Shown piece after piece: positions 13,001 to 24,443 of a stretch of DNA of 64,000 nt; within the stretch, counting starts at the first letter, position 1; each line of letters opens with the position of its first letter. The translations under genes were made by a program, and so were the position numbers. Under the pieces are notes generated by a model. That model saw only the letters and a program-made list of their open reading frames with translations, was not told where the DNA came from and did no database searches. Source of the stretch: Nemertoderma westbladi (taxonomy: Eukaryota > Animalia > Xenacoelomorpha); the NCBI GenBank assembly GCA_032718475.1, contig JAUCBJ010006701.1:62001-126000 (forward strand), read 5' to 3'.

Positions 13001-14401
13001 CGGCTCCTCAAAAATACTCGAGCCAGCCTCGCTCTCAGACTCCCCCATTTGCGCCAGTTCCACCTCACGCGCGTGTATAGCTTCATACTCTACGAGTTTG
13101 TCTCGCTGTTTCTCCAATTCTCTTCGCTCACGCTCCGCTTTTGCTATTTTATCCATAGCCTCCCTCTCGGTCTGCTTGGCCAATTCCACCTCTCTCCTAA
13201 TCCCCTCCCTTCGCCTCACCTCACGCGCTCTACGCTCACCCTCCTCCCTCACTTCACGCTCTCTGCGTTCACTTTTCTCTCTCGCCACACGCTCTTCTTG
13301 TTCCTTCAACTCTATTTCATCATACTCCCTAAGGCTCCTCACAGCCCTTTCGGCCCTCTCTCTTATCTCTCCCATCGACGCCATTTCCCTCTCCAGCAGC
13401 ATTCTCCCTTCCTCTAGCCGTCTACCTACTTCTCTATTACCTTGCACTGCTAGATTGAGACGGTACCTGGCGTCTATCTCTCTCACCCGTCTTTCTTTTG
13501 CGGAGGATGTAGCAGACTTATCGGTTGTGGAGGATTCCCTCCGCCTTCCCGATCTACTAGCTTTCCCCCTCCTCCCGGAACTCCCCCCGACCGACGAGAC
13601 CGAATCCGCGGGGTCAGCCTCGGATTCGCCCTCCTCAGGTCTGTTCCAACCCACTAATTTTACTCCCCGGGCATCGACCAAGTATGGCCCTATGTACACT
13701 GGTGCTACGCTAGGTTCCATACTCCCACACTCCCATAGTTCAAACAGTTCGCCGGCAACCCCTTTTGCTCTCTCCTCGGCTAGTTCTCTCTGCCCAAAAC
13801 GTATTAGGTAATTAAAGTGTTTATCCGACTCACCTAGTCGCTTTCTCAGTCTCACCTCGTCTACCTTCGCCCCTTCCTTCTTGGCGTCCTTTATTAGCTT
13901 CCGGGTCGCGTTGTAGGCCCGTCGAAGTCGCTCTGAAACCCCGACGTCCTCGTCGCCGACCTCTCCTCCGTCCCTCCGGGTTCGACGTCGTACCGGCGGC
14001 TCCACCGTCGCCGTTCCGGTGGGCCGTCCGTCGCCCTCGGCCTGTAGCTGGCCGGCGACATCGGTACCGATGTCTCCTCCGTCTCTTCGCGTCCGGCGTC
14101 GCACCGTCGGCCCCACCGTCGCCGTTTCGGTGGGCCGCTCGTCGCCCTCGGCCTGTAGCTGGCCGGCGACATCGGTGCGCCGATCTCCGTCCCGTGTCGA
14201 CTCATCTCCGTCTTCCTCCGTCTCGCTCTCCCTTCCTCTCGGCTCGACCTCTTGTTCCAGGCTCCCCTCGTCTTGAACTTCCGGTTCACCCGTTATCGAT
14301 GGCTCCGGTGTCGTGGGTCTATATCGCCTGGTTGCGGCCTCGCAGATCGTTAGGTCTTCGTCCGGGGTCTGCGTCGGTGTCGTGTCACCTGACTGACTCA
14401 T
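7095..14401 (-). pseudogene. gag-pol: Disrupted gag-pol of B (Gag, protease LVDSGA, RT YVDD, RNase H FSDAS)
   Basis: ORF pieces 12881-14401, 12033-12878, 10444-11973, 7834-10302, 7154-7831. Lesions relative to D: poly-C frameshifts, TCA>TAA at 10444, small deletion at ~7880, CGA>TGA at 7154. Confidence 0.9.
12249..12490 (-). repeat. Coding tandem repeat in B gag, 60-bp unit (EGLVGHVVGRQGIAGLGRPS), about 3.5-4 copies
   Basis: Lines 12301, 12361 and 12421 are near-identical at a 60-bp period. Confidence 0.9.
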
Positions 14402-14461
14402 CCTCTTTTGCAGGTTTCGATGGCTAGTGGTTATCGAGTTTTTATCTGGGGCGGCAGCTGG

Positions 14462-14471
14462 TTTTAGTTAC
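14462..14471 (-). promoter_or_regulatory. Non-tRNA primer-binding site of B (sense GTAACTAAAA)
   Basis: Abuts the LTR end. It is the exact complement of sense TTTTAGTTAC inside the LTR at 14635-14644. Confidence 0.75.
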
Positions 14472-15002
14472 TGTGACGGGATCCAGGAGGGATCCCGATT
14501 TATCCGGTATTTTAGTTTACGCGTCCCCGCCGTGTATAAAGAGTAAACGAAAGCAGTGAATGAGTTCTGATGTTCGGTGTATAATAACTGATGGGTATAA
14601 AATATAGATATAGATATGTGGAAGGCGGGATACGGTAACTAAAAGTCCCGTGCTCCCCTATCTAAACTAACTAACCTAAGCTAGCACTACTGCATTTGAG
14701 ATAACTGAATTACTGATTAATAGGTTACTGATTATATTACACGGTTGGCCTAATTACTACCTAATCGATGCCTTGCCCCCCTCTGATTGGTTGATACCCT
14801 TGTTGGCGCCCCGTGGAGTGTTCCCGTTCACTCCACCTGTTCTCTCTGGGTTAGGGGTTTGGCCCCTGACCCTTTATTGTGTGCTTCCTTCCCACTCTTA
14901 TTGGGATGGCACGAGTTGGTTAACTATCCAATCTCGTGGCTCCCAATATTGCTTATCGGCTTATAACTTTATGGGGTGTTAGCGGGATTGAATAAGCTAA
15001 CA
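14472..15002 (-). repeat. 5' LTR of B (531 bp, sense TGTTAG...GTCACA)
   Basis: Homologous to 46065-46602 and 59841-60388, with TG...CA termini. Confidence 0.93.
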
Positions 15003-15393
15003 AATAGGTTGTTACTATAATACATCACAGAATAATTTTTTAAAAGCATTAATTAAAAATAATATTTTAGATACATCCAATTACCCTAAGGATCACCCGC
15101 TTTATAGTAATAAAAATAAATCGAGACTTTATTACTGTAAAGACAAACTAGCCTCACGTGAAATTAAACAAGCAGTATTTTTAAGACCAAAATTATATTC
15201 AATTTTGGAATAGAATAACAAAAATATTCGTAGAGCAAAAGGTATTACAAGAGCTGTTGTGGAAACGAATATTACATATGAAGAATATTTAAAAGCATAT
15301 AACTCAAATGAAGAAATAATAAAAAACATACACAGATTTCAATCTAAATTACATCGTATTTATACCTTAAAGCAAAATAATTTGCACTCAGTA
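15003..15393 (+). pseudogene. Polinton/Maverick protein-primed DNA polymerase B, C-terminal fragment 1
   Basis: Own translation from 15004: LDTSNYPKDHPLYSNKNK...FLRPKLYSILE*NNKNIRRAKGITRAVV...FQSKLHRIYTLKQN(fs)ALS. These are typical Polinton pPolB C-terminal motifs. AT-rich, with a stop at 15211. Confidence 0.85.
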
Positions 15394-16168
15394 TGATAAA
15401 CAACCGCGACCTCTATACTAACAGCAGAACTGTTGAACAGACCAATACCCGTTAATATCCTTCTGTCAACCTAATGAGCTCTCGCCTAACCAATAAGACA
15501 CAAATAATGCTCTACTGTTAAGTAAAGGGGATCAGGAGCGTGATATTACTAAATTGTAAAGGTGGCTAAATACAAAACCGCTACTTACCGTTGGATGGCG
15601 CTAATCTGCCGTCCGCTAATATATTTTACTAAATTTACACAACTCCTGCAAAATCGCTTGTTCCTTTCTCTACCGATCGCTCGATAGAGAGCTAACTGTT
15701 CGAATCTATGAGCCACGCGGGAATAACCAAAACAATAAACCCGAGTCGGCTCCCTAAGCTTACTTAAGACGAGTGCGAGAGGCCTTGCACTCAGAGTATT
15801 CTTACGCCTAATTCTATCACTATTAAAACACGCTATTGTCTACGTCTTTCTAATCGCGAATACTGGAGGTTCCCTAACGTAATGTGTGAATGCGAGAATA
15901 TTTAAAATAATCAAAATGATACAGTAATTGTTTTTACGTGGATAGTACCACTCTGGGTCTAAACTTGCCTGCGGCTGGCTTTAGGCCAGCAAATTACTAG
16001 CGTATTGTGTGTACCGAATAGTGCGATCTAGCTGATTGCCCGCTAGTGCAAATAACCGCTCAGCGTGAATAGTTTACAGTACTCTAATTATTACCTTAGC
16101 TACTCTCCGCTATGCTGCGTACTAATTCTTAATTTTTACTAATCAATTACAGTCACAAATATTTAACA
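15394..16168 (-). repeat. Remnant of the C 3' LTR (terminal 775 bp)
   Basis: Matches 31003-31777 with about 3 substitutions. Fused by deletion directly to the accessory ORF. Confidence 0.93.
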
Positions 16169-18412
16169 AATATTCTCTAACGATTGGTTGAAGAACGGGG
16201 TTAAGAAACGCTTCATCACGTCGGATTGGATTCCCCATTTCGAGCGAACGTATTGATCTCCTCCGAATACCAATGGATGACGCTTCAAAACTCGCGCAAC
16301 GATATCCGCTAATAAACAAGTCACCGTGTTCGACTCAAGCACCAAATAATATTGTAGCGACGCACGGGGTGGGGCGCAAATGTTCCAATACACTAACGCT
16401 TGCCGCTTGAAGTGGGATTTGAACTCCGCTCCCGGTGGCGTGTTGTATTCACCATACGCCTCCTCGTACTTCTTCTGCGTCTTTAACTTAAAGTCCCAAT
16501 TATACAACAAGTGTGCTATAAAACCCATACCAGTCTTGGCAGAGTTGGGATACTCCCTATAAATTCCAATATCCTGTGCCCATAGCAACAATAGCTTGGT
16601 GTCGACAAACGGTCTCGGCAATCTATCTTCCAGATCAGTCATGGCGTTTAAGTCACTCTCCAAATCGCTCTGGACTCCCGATCCCACCTTGACGTAATCT
16701 TGGTTAAGAATAGCCTCTCTAACTTTCTTGGGTAACATCCTGGCGTCGATACGCTCCGCTCCGTGCATACCTCCTCGCCTGCATACCTCCAAAATCTGTT
16801 CCCTAGGATCCTTCCCCTTCCGATATTGTGTCGTTATGATGGGCTCCGGTCTCTCTCGATCCGCCCTCACACGCATAAACACATGAGTCACACCATCGGC
16901 CGCACGAATTTAAATACACTTGCTAGTCAAACATTCCTGATGGGACCCTCCTTCATTGTGGTAGAACATCACCCTCCAATCTTGCAGTGATTCCTCCGTT
17001 TTCCTCCCCTGACGCTGAATCTCGTCTGATGGGGTCCACATGCGCTCGATAGCCTTGTGGTCATCATATCGGGTATAAGAACCCTTCCTCCTCAGCCACA
17101 TCTGGTCTACCTCCTCGTCATCTGGGAATGTAGCCACCACGACCCATACCTTGATGTACTTATCCAACCATCCGAATAGCTTACTCTCCTTCCCCGGAGC
17201 TCCAATCTTATCCAACGTGTCGTAATCTGTGATCTGCATTGGGACATCACGCAAGAACTTCGCACATAAAACTTCCTGTAGACAGTCAACGTTCCAATGG
17301 TCCGCCATTCTTACCATCGGCAAGAATCGTATCGCTTCTCGCGATTCCGGATGATCTACTAATATCGCAGGTTCGGTGCCGTCGGAATAATACACCGGTC
17401 GGGGTTGAGATACGACCTGTGGAACAAATCCGGTCACTCTCCTCGTCTCCTCTTGATGTCTATCCGCGGTCTTATTATACTCCGCTATCCTGTTCTCAAA
17501 TAACTCTTTCGCCTTCGCCGCTCGCTCCTCCTGCCGCAACGCGTCTATGTCGTCCTGATGCTCAGGCGTGAGGCTTCTCACTCGGTGAGGTGAAGTAAAC
17601 GCAGTCCAGGGACTCGAGAGCTCCAAACCCGCGGGTTTGGTACCCGAGTCCCGCGCCGCTTCGCGCCGCGCCTCTAGATCCTTGTAGGCTCGGTACAGCG
17701 AAATGGCCGCTGCCGTCTCTATCAAACTGGGTGTCGAACAGGGTTTAATCTCCGTATACGGATCCAATGTCGTAACGGTCGGCGTAATGGGTCTCGGAGG
17801 TCGCTTTCCGCTGAAGTCGATACTGATCATCGGGTTGCTCATCGGGTAACCTCCCTCGTTGTATCTAAGGAATTGGTGAGCTGGACATCGCATTAATATC
17901 GGTTCCGGATGTTGCTCGTCTAATCGGTCGGGAATCGCCACGTCTTGTTTATTCATGCATTCACCACACTTGTAGAAGAGCTTGTATACGCTGAAGACTT
18001 TCGGCGTCTCCTGATCCTCGCCTCGAGTCCTCCGGTACAGATGCATTCCGTCAAACTGATCTCGGACTGCAGGTAGAGGCTCCTCGTGTCGTAAATACAT
18101 ATTCATATGGTATAGTCGTGCGATTTCCTCGTCCGGATCTGCGCTAATGTCACATACGTCCAAAGCGAAGTCGTAGGGATACCGCGTGCGATACTCTCTC
18201 CGCAAAACTTCCATCCGGTCCCCCAATGCTCTCATTCTTTCCCTCCGTAATTCTTTATCATAACTCGGCTTGTATTTCCCGTTTAGCTCCATCACGGACC
18301 GCCCATGGTAGTAAACGTTAGAGTCTTTACATCCTGGTCGCGCGAATGGTAGCTCCGCCTCCTCTCTGGCAGTAAATCCTCTGCGCGGTTGCGCTCTAAT
18401 ATCCCTCTCCAT
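16169..18412 (-). pseudogene. Family-C accessory ORF: N-terminal Cys/His domain plus DEDDy exonuclease-like domain; C-terminus deleted
   Basis: ORFs 16910-18445 and 16163-16891 are in frame across one TAA (CAA in family A). Motifs FYHNEG, KVGSGVQSDL, FVDTK, QYYLVLE. Alignable to the 36321-38120 protein. Confidence 0.85.
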
Positions 18413-19180
18413 TATGCCTCGCGTATATACATATATATATCCCAATAAGTGCCGTTACGTAACCAATTACACTGTGGGTAAATCAGTTAGATGTCGCCGA
18501 AGGACAGACCTCCCGAACCCCCCCCCCCCCCCCCCCCGCCTTCCAGCAGTTCAGGTTCGACTCTCTAGATCCCGTCTCTTCCTAACTAACTATCCTCTAA
18601 CCTATTCCCATGCATAGCGCAAAAACTTTGGAGATAAACTGGCCGTGACCAACTCACTTTTTGATGCCCAAACTACTCCCATTACTCGTACTAAACTACA
18701 GTAGTTAGAAAGGACCATAGCCACAATACTCGACTATACCAAACCCACAGGTTTGATAATCGAACATCACACATCCTGCAAACTACTGAGTGGGGTCCAT
18801 GTACGCCTCTGGTGCTACTAACCTTTAGCACCTTAGTTGCACTGTTGGCACCAATCTGTGGAAGTTGCTAAACTCAATTTACACTCCTACGTAATATAGC
18901 CGTCACCAAGGTTTCTAAATGCTATTTTCCAGGCTTCACGACTTTTCAAATTACTGTTTATCTATAGACGAATTCTAAAACGCGTCTATACACAGCGTCT
19001 GGAATTGTCTTGGGTTCACTTCTAATTTTAAAATTTTTAAATTTTCCAAAATTTTTGAAAATAAAATTTTGTTTTGATACCCACTAGACAAAACTCAACG
19101 CAAATCACCACAACCCCGCTCCTATGCATTTCCTTGTATTTGCATACGAGGAATGCATACGAAGTGAGTTGCGTCCAACA

Positions 19181-22100
19181 CTAATTCTGTTTTGAGGCAG
19201 GAGACAAATTATAATCTCCCGTCTCGATACGTGTCTCCTCTAATAACACAATATCTTGGACCGGTCGGTCCAAGGTGTGTAAACCATTAGTTTTACACTT
19301 TTTTGGGTGCGGACACTTGCACCAAATTTTCACAGTGACTGTGCGCACTATGTTTTGCACGTCTGGGTGTATGTGCAAGATCACTCCCGTCTCCCAATAC
19401 TTTCTCTTGACAATTGGTTCGGTTATCAATACGTAATCTCCCCTTTGGAGACTTCGAACCGTTTTGTACCACTTTGTTCTGGTGGATATGGTGGGAAGAT
19501 AATATTCCCGCCAATATTCCCAGAAAGTGTACGCCACTAATTGTGTCACTTTCCAGCTTTTACGACTATATAGGTCGGCACTAATGGGTTCTGATGCCGG
19601 CACAAGAAATGCTGGACTCTGCATTAGCAAATGATTCGGCGTTAATGCAACACCGTCTGGCAACATAGCTATCGGCCTCGAGTTTAGGGTATGCTCGATT
19701 TCAATGAAAGCTGTGACCAGTTCGTCATCGGTAAGTTGTTTGTTCACAGGCAATGTCTTGGCAATAGCCTGTTTTACAGAGCGAACTAAACGCTCCCAAC
19801 TTCCTCCTCTCCAAGGACTTTCTGGAGTATTAAATCTCCACTCTACTCGTTGCGGCAAAAGTGCTGCAGAAATTTCCTTATTCTGTGCCGCTTTATGAGC
19901 CGCGTTCAACTCGCTATTCCCCCCGACAAAGTTTGTACCCTTATCGGAGTAGAACGCCTTTACTAGTCCTCTCCTGGCCATAAATCTCTTCAAGGCCAGG
20001 AGCAGAGATTTGGTCGACATGTCTGCCACACGCTCAATGTGTATGGCTCTACTAGCCATGCATGTCAGTAGCAGACCCCATCGCTTGTGGGTCAGCCGTC
20101 CACTCTTTGCTTCAATCGGACCAAAACAATCCACCCCTGTGTTCGTAAAGGGTGGGTCATATGCCTGCACTCTCGCTTCCGGGAGTTCAGCCATCTCCTG
20201 TTCCAATACTCTGGCGTTCACCCTCTTGCAAACCAGACAGGCGTCATACATAGTGCCAACTGCCCTGCTTGGCTGCAATAGAATGAATCGCTGTCTCGCT
20301 GCCGACAAACAGTGTAACTTTCCCGCGTGATGCAACCTCTTGTGTATATCCCATAGAATCGCTCTTTGCAATTCTATTGGGTGACTAGGGATTATCACTG
20401 GGAACCGAAACTGTGAGTTTATGTCGACAGTCTGGATTCTCGATCTATGACAAATTAAACCCTTATGGATTAATGGACTCCATTTTCTAAGGGGTTTATA
20501 GAGAACTGGTCGTTGAGCCGATAATAGATGGAATTCTTTAGGGAAGGCACACATTTGATAATGTTTCAAATGCTTTAATTCCGCTTGATCAATCTCATCC
20601 TCTGTCAGAGGTTGTTTCAATTTCCAAATTCGCTCACTATTGGTGCTCAATGGTTCTCTCAAATGTTTCGAATGTTTTAAACAAAGGTACAAAATGTATC
20701 GGCTTAACCACGCAGTTCTTTTACAAATTGTCAGCCAAGAGGCAGACGAATTTAGTAATTTGTCATAAATACTACATGGCTCTAATGCCAGCGACGGTTG
20801 TCCGCTAATTAATGGAAGTTTCGAATCCAAACCCGCAGGTTTGGAAACCAAAGACTCCATTGTGTCGGTCATTTTCTGTCCGTCACTTACCAATTGTGAC
20901 TCCGGTTTAGTCTGTAAGGGTGGTTTGATGTCATAACTTACCCTTCCGGACCTAGTAGTCACGTAAGTCTGTTGGTCTGACAGGTCTCCGGGCCGCTCCA
21001 ATGACTCTTCAGGCCGCTCCAATGACTCTTCAGGCCGCTCCAATGACTTAAGTTTGGCTTTAGACTTCGACTTAGAGACTTTCTCCACCTTGACTTCTGC
21101 ATCTTCAGGCATCGGATTGGTCACTATCTTTAGTCGCTCTGGCCAATGTTCCTGTGTCCTCTTTAGAAAATCAGGTCCATGCAACCAAAACTCCTGCGAC
21201 TCTTCCTGACAGAATTCCGCCGGCATTGCACCTCTCGAAGTTATGTCGGCCGGGTTCAACACTCCCGGACAATGTCTCCATTGTTCCTTCGTCGAAAAAT
21301 CAACGATCTGAGCGCGTCTATTGGCCACAAATGTCTTTAGTGCAATATTGTCGGCCGCAATGTATACTAACACTAAGGATGCGTCCGTCCAATAGAATAA
21401 GGTCAATGTCGTGTCTAACTCCTCAGTTATTTGCTTACTTACCTCGACTGAAACTACAGCCGCCTGTAACTCTGCACGAGGGACAGTCATGTATTTGACC
21501 GGCATTGTCTTTGATCTAGAAGTCACAAAGGCCGTCTCAAACTTGTCCTGACTTACCTCTCGGCGAAGGTAGGCTACCATACCAAAGCCGGTGTCACTTG
21601 CGTCACTGAACAAATGCAGTTCGAGATCAGCTGGAAATACCAGCTGATTCGGAAAGTAGGAACGGGGTACGTCTATGTTTTTCAATAGATGTAACTCGGC
21701 TTCCCACTCCCTCCACTGCTTTGCATGTATAGGAGATATTGGTTCGTCCCACTCTAAGTCGGACAACCAAATTTTCCTCATGCACGCTCGTGCCTGTAAT
21801 ATAACCGGACTGATAAAATTCATCGGGTCAAATAGTCTACTTAATGTCGATAAGCAAATCCTCTTTGTCAAAACTTTGTCTGGGCTACTGGGCTCAAATC
21901 TAACTCTTACCTGGAACTTATCTGAGTTCGGGTTCCAAGCGAGTCCCAGTACTCGCGCCATGGGGATTGGTTCTACCCCCAATTCTATGTCTCCGCTCCC
22001 GCGATCTTTCACCGGGAACGATTCTAATAGGGCCTCCGAGTTCGTAGTGAACTTGGTTAGAGGAAATCCCCCTGTAGCCAAGCACTCTTGCAGGCCGTGA

Positions 22101-22469
22101 GCCACTTCTATGGCTTGTTCCGCTGTGTCCTTGGACACCAATCCGTCGTCCATGTAGAAGTTTCTCAAGATGGACTCAATTACTTCTACTGGATACTTAC
22201 CAATCTGGGCTGTTGCCGTTTTCTTTAAAACGAACAGCGTGCCATTCGGACTATCGCGGGCGCCAAATATCCTAACGTACATCTGGTATGTAACCACTGG
22301 GCCGGATAAGTCTTCATTCTCGTACCAGAGAAAGCGAAGGCTATCCTGGTCTGCCTTACAGGCTCTTACCTGGTGGAACATCGCCTCGATGTCACAAGTA
22401 AATGCGAATCGCCGCTGTCTAAAACGCAACAGTATTCCAATCAAATAGTTGTTCAGGTTGGGACCATCC
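19181..22469 (-). CDS. pol: C Pol 3' part (RT YMDD, RNase H FSDAS, integrase GVDCFGP)
   Basis: 1103-aa ORF. It joins 24444-29482 in frame once the LINE and one TSD are removed (8328 nt, about 2775 aa). Confidence 0.93.
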
Positions 22470-22516
22470 ATCAACTCTGAATTCAGGGACATACCTCTAT
22501 AGACTGCTGCGCAGTC

Positions 22517-24400
22517 AAACAGACTACAGCGGCCAAGAATGCAGTTAAAGCTGCATCTAGGTCCCTGAACAGGCAGTACTCTGTTAATCTACAGGAGCTA
22601 ATAAACCAACAGGTTGATGCCATCAATGATGCTGACGACAGCAGGCAATCATCCCAGGCATGGAAATCGATCAATCTGCTTACTGGGCGGAAAAGCCAAC
22701 CAACCACCAAGGTTAAGGCTGAATCACCAGCCGATCGCCTCAATGGTTGGAAAGCCCACTTTGAAAAGCTCCTCAATAATGACAGGGTATTGCCTGATAA
22801 CTTTATAGAAGTAAAAGTGTCTGAGTCTGTACTCCCAGATATTCCCATTGGCGATATCTCCTTTGCAGAAGTGAAGGCTGCTGCAAAGAGCATTAAGACC
22901 AATCGTGCCAGTGGAGTAGATGGTGTTCCCCCTGAGGTCTTTAAAATACCTGAGTGTTTAAAGCTCATCTATCCCATCATAGTAGACATGTACCGTACAA
23001 CAAGAGTCCCACAAGAAATGAAAACAAATAAGTTGGTGCCAGTTCCCAAGAAGGGCAACCTAACACTCTATGGTTCTTTTCGGGGAATCTCATTGATCTC
23101 GATTGCTGCAAAACTATACAATAGAATTCTATTAAATCGCATCAGGGATCCCATTGAGAGACTGCTACGTGGAAATCAGAATGGGTTCCGTAAAGGTCGT
23201 GGGACCATGGAGCCCATTTTGGCACTTAGAAGGATAATTGAAGAGTTATCAAAAAAGAAAGACAGGCATCTGGCTGTTATCTTTGTTGACTTCTTCAAGG
23301 CCTTTGATTCAGTCTCTCGCTCACGTATGTTCAGCATACTTTCATTATATGGGATTCCTGATGAAATTATTGCAGCAATCAGATCAGTATACGATGGTTC
23401 GACAACATTTGTGTCTACTGTTGACGGTGACACAGAACCATTTGAAGTGTTATGGGGCGTCCTCCAAGGAGACACACTTGCACCATTCTTGTTCATTATT
23501 GTGGTTGACTATGTTCTACGCATGTCCTTAGATCATCATAATGATGATGGGGTTATGATAACTCCACCTACTGGCTCCAGAAGTCGAGGAAATCCTGCCA
23601 AGTACCTAACTGATCTAGACTTTGCTGATGACTTAGGAGTACTCTCAGAATCATTAGAGGGAGCCCAGCGGCTCCTCAGCTCATTAGAACATGCTGCTTC
23701 TAGTGTTGGTCTCTTTATTAACTCCAGAAAGACCAAAATTCTGACAGTTAACTTTGAAAGTCCTCAGCAAGTCTCTGATCGGATGAGCATAAGCTCAAAG
23801 GATGGTATGCTTGAGCATGTGGACGACTTCTGTTACCTGGGATCATGGATCCGGAAGTCAGGTGAGGACCTTCGAATACGTAAGGGAAAGGCATGGGCAG
23901 CCTTGAATAGGCTTTCCAGGATTTGGAAGTCACCTAGAATTAATCGGAAACTTAAGGTCCGATTATTTAGAGCAGCAGTAGTTCCAGTACTCCTCTACGG
24001 GAGTCCATGCTGGGCTCTAACTGCTGAGGACACCAAATCTCTGGATGGCACATTCACAAGAATGCTACGCCGGGTACATTGTGTCAAGTACAATGCACAC
24101 ATCTCCAACCAGACACTATATAACATTGGAGGTGTCTCATTGGTTCCCCCAAGCTTGACACTAGAACAAAATCGCCTCCGCTTTGCAGGACATTGCTTTC
24201 GCCGTGAGGACCAGCCAGTGCATAATCTTGTACTTTGGCAGCCTCATGGAGTGAATAAGCATGGTGGACAGCCCATGACTTTCTTGAGACGCATCTTAAA
24301 GGACACTGGCCTTAAAGATGCGGATGATCTAGCAAATGTCATGGGTGATAGGGAGTTGTGGCGGTGCAATTTTGTTGACAAGCCGGCACAGCATTCTTAA
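22517..24400 (+). CDS. LINE reverse transcriptase (endonuclease domain truncated away)
   Basis: Frame is open from the first base (KQTTAAKNAV...). Motifs QNGFRKGR, FVDFFKAFDSV, GVLQGDTLAPFLF, LDFADD, RLRFAGHC. No C-terminal CCHC. Confidence 0.92.
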   Translation, partial: KQTTAAKNAVKAASRSLNRQYSVNLQELINQQVDAINDADDSRQSSQAWKSINLLTGRKSQPTTKVKAESPADRLNGWKAHFEKLLNNDRVLPDNFIEVKVSESVLPDIPIGDISFAEVKAAAKSIKTNRASGVDGVPPEVFKIPECLKLIYPIIVDMYRTTRVPQEMKTNKLVPVPKKGNLTLYGSFRGISLISIAAKLYNRILLNRIRDPIERLLRGNQNGFRKGRGTMEPILALRRIIEELSKKKDRHLAVIFVDFFKAFDSVSRSRMFSILSLYGIPDEIIAAIRSVYDGSTTFVSTVDGDTEPFEVLWGVLQGDTLAPFLFIIVVDYVLRMSLDHHNDDGVMITPPTGSRSRGNPAKYLTDLDFADDLGVLSESLEGAQRLLSSLEHAASSVGLFINSRKTKILTVNFESPQQVSDRMSISSKDGMLEHVDDFCYLGSWIRKSGEDLRIRKGKAWAALNRLSRIWKSPRINRKLKVRLFRAAVVPVLLYGSPCWALTAEDTKSLDGTFTRMLRRVHCVKYNAHISNQTLYNIGGVSLVPPSLTLEQNRLRFAGHCFRREDQPVHNLVLWQPHGVNKHGGQPMTFLRRILKDTGLKDADDLANVMGDRELWRCNFVDKPAQHS

Positions 24401-24443
24401 AAATGCAGCTGCAATGCAGCATGCCGATCCTAGTAGTAGTAGT
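22517..24443 (+). mobile_element. 5'-truncated non-LTR retrotransposon, RTE/RTE-X-like
   Basis: 47-bp TSD at 22470-22516 and 24444-24490, very short 3' UTR, (TAG)4 tail. Confidence 0.92.

Larger units (their letters stand above)
7095..15002 (-). mobile_element. BEL/Pao retrotransposon, family B/D, copy B (5' LTR plus gag-pol up to just before integrase; 3' end deleted)
   Basis: Colinear with and highly similar to element D 52540-60388. It ends abruptly against A1 LTR sequence at ~7091-7095. Confidence 0.93.

Noticed and set aside
24329-24443. Hydrophobic C-terminal tail of the 1717-aa ORF (ILLLLGSACC...)
   Set aside because: It is the antisense reading of the LINE 3' end and (TAG)n tail, not a membrane anchor.
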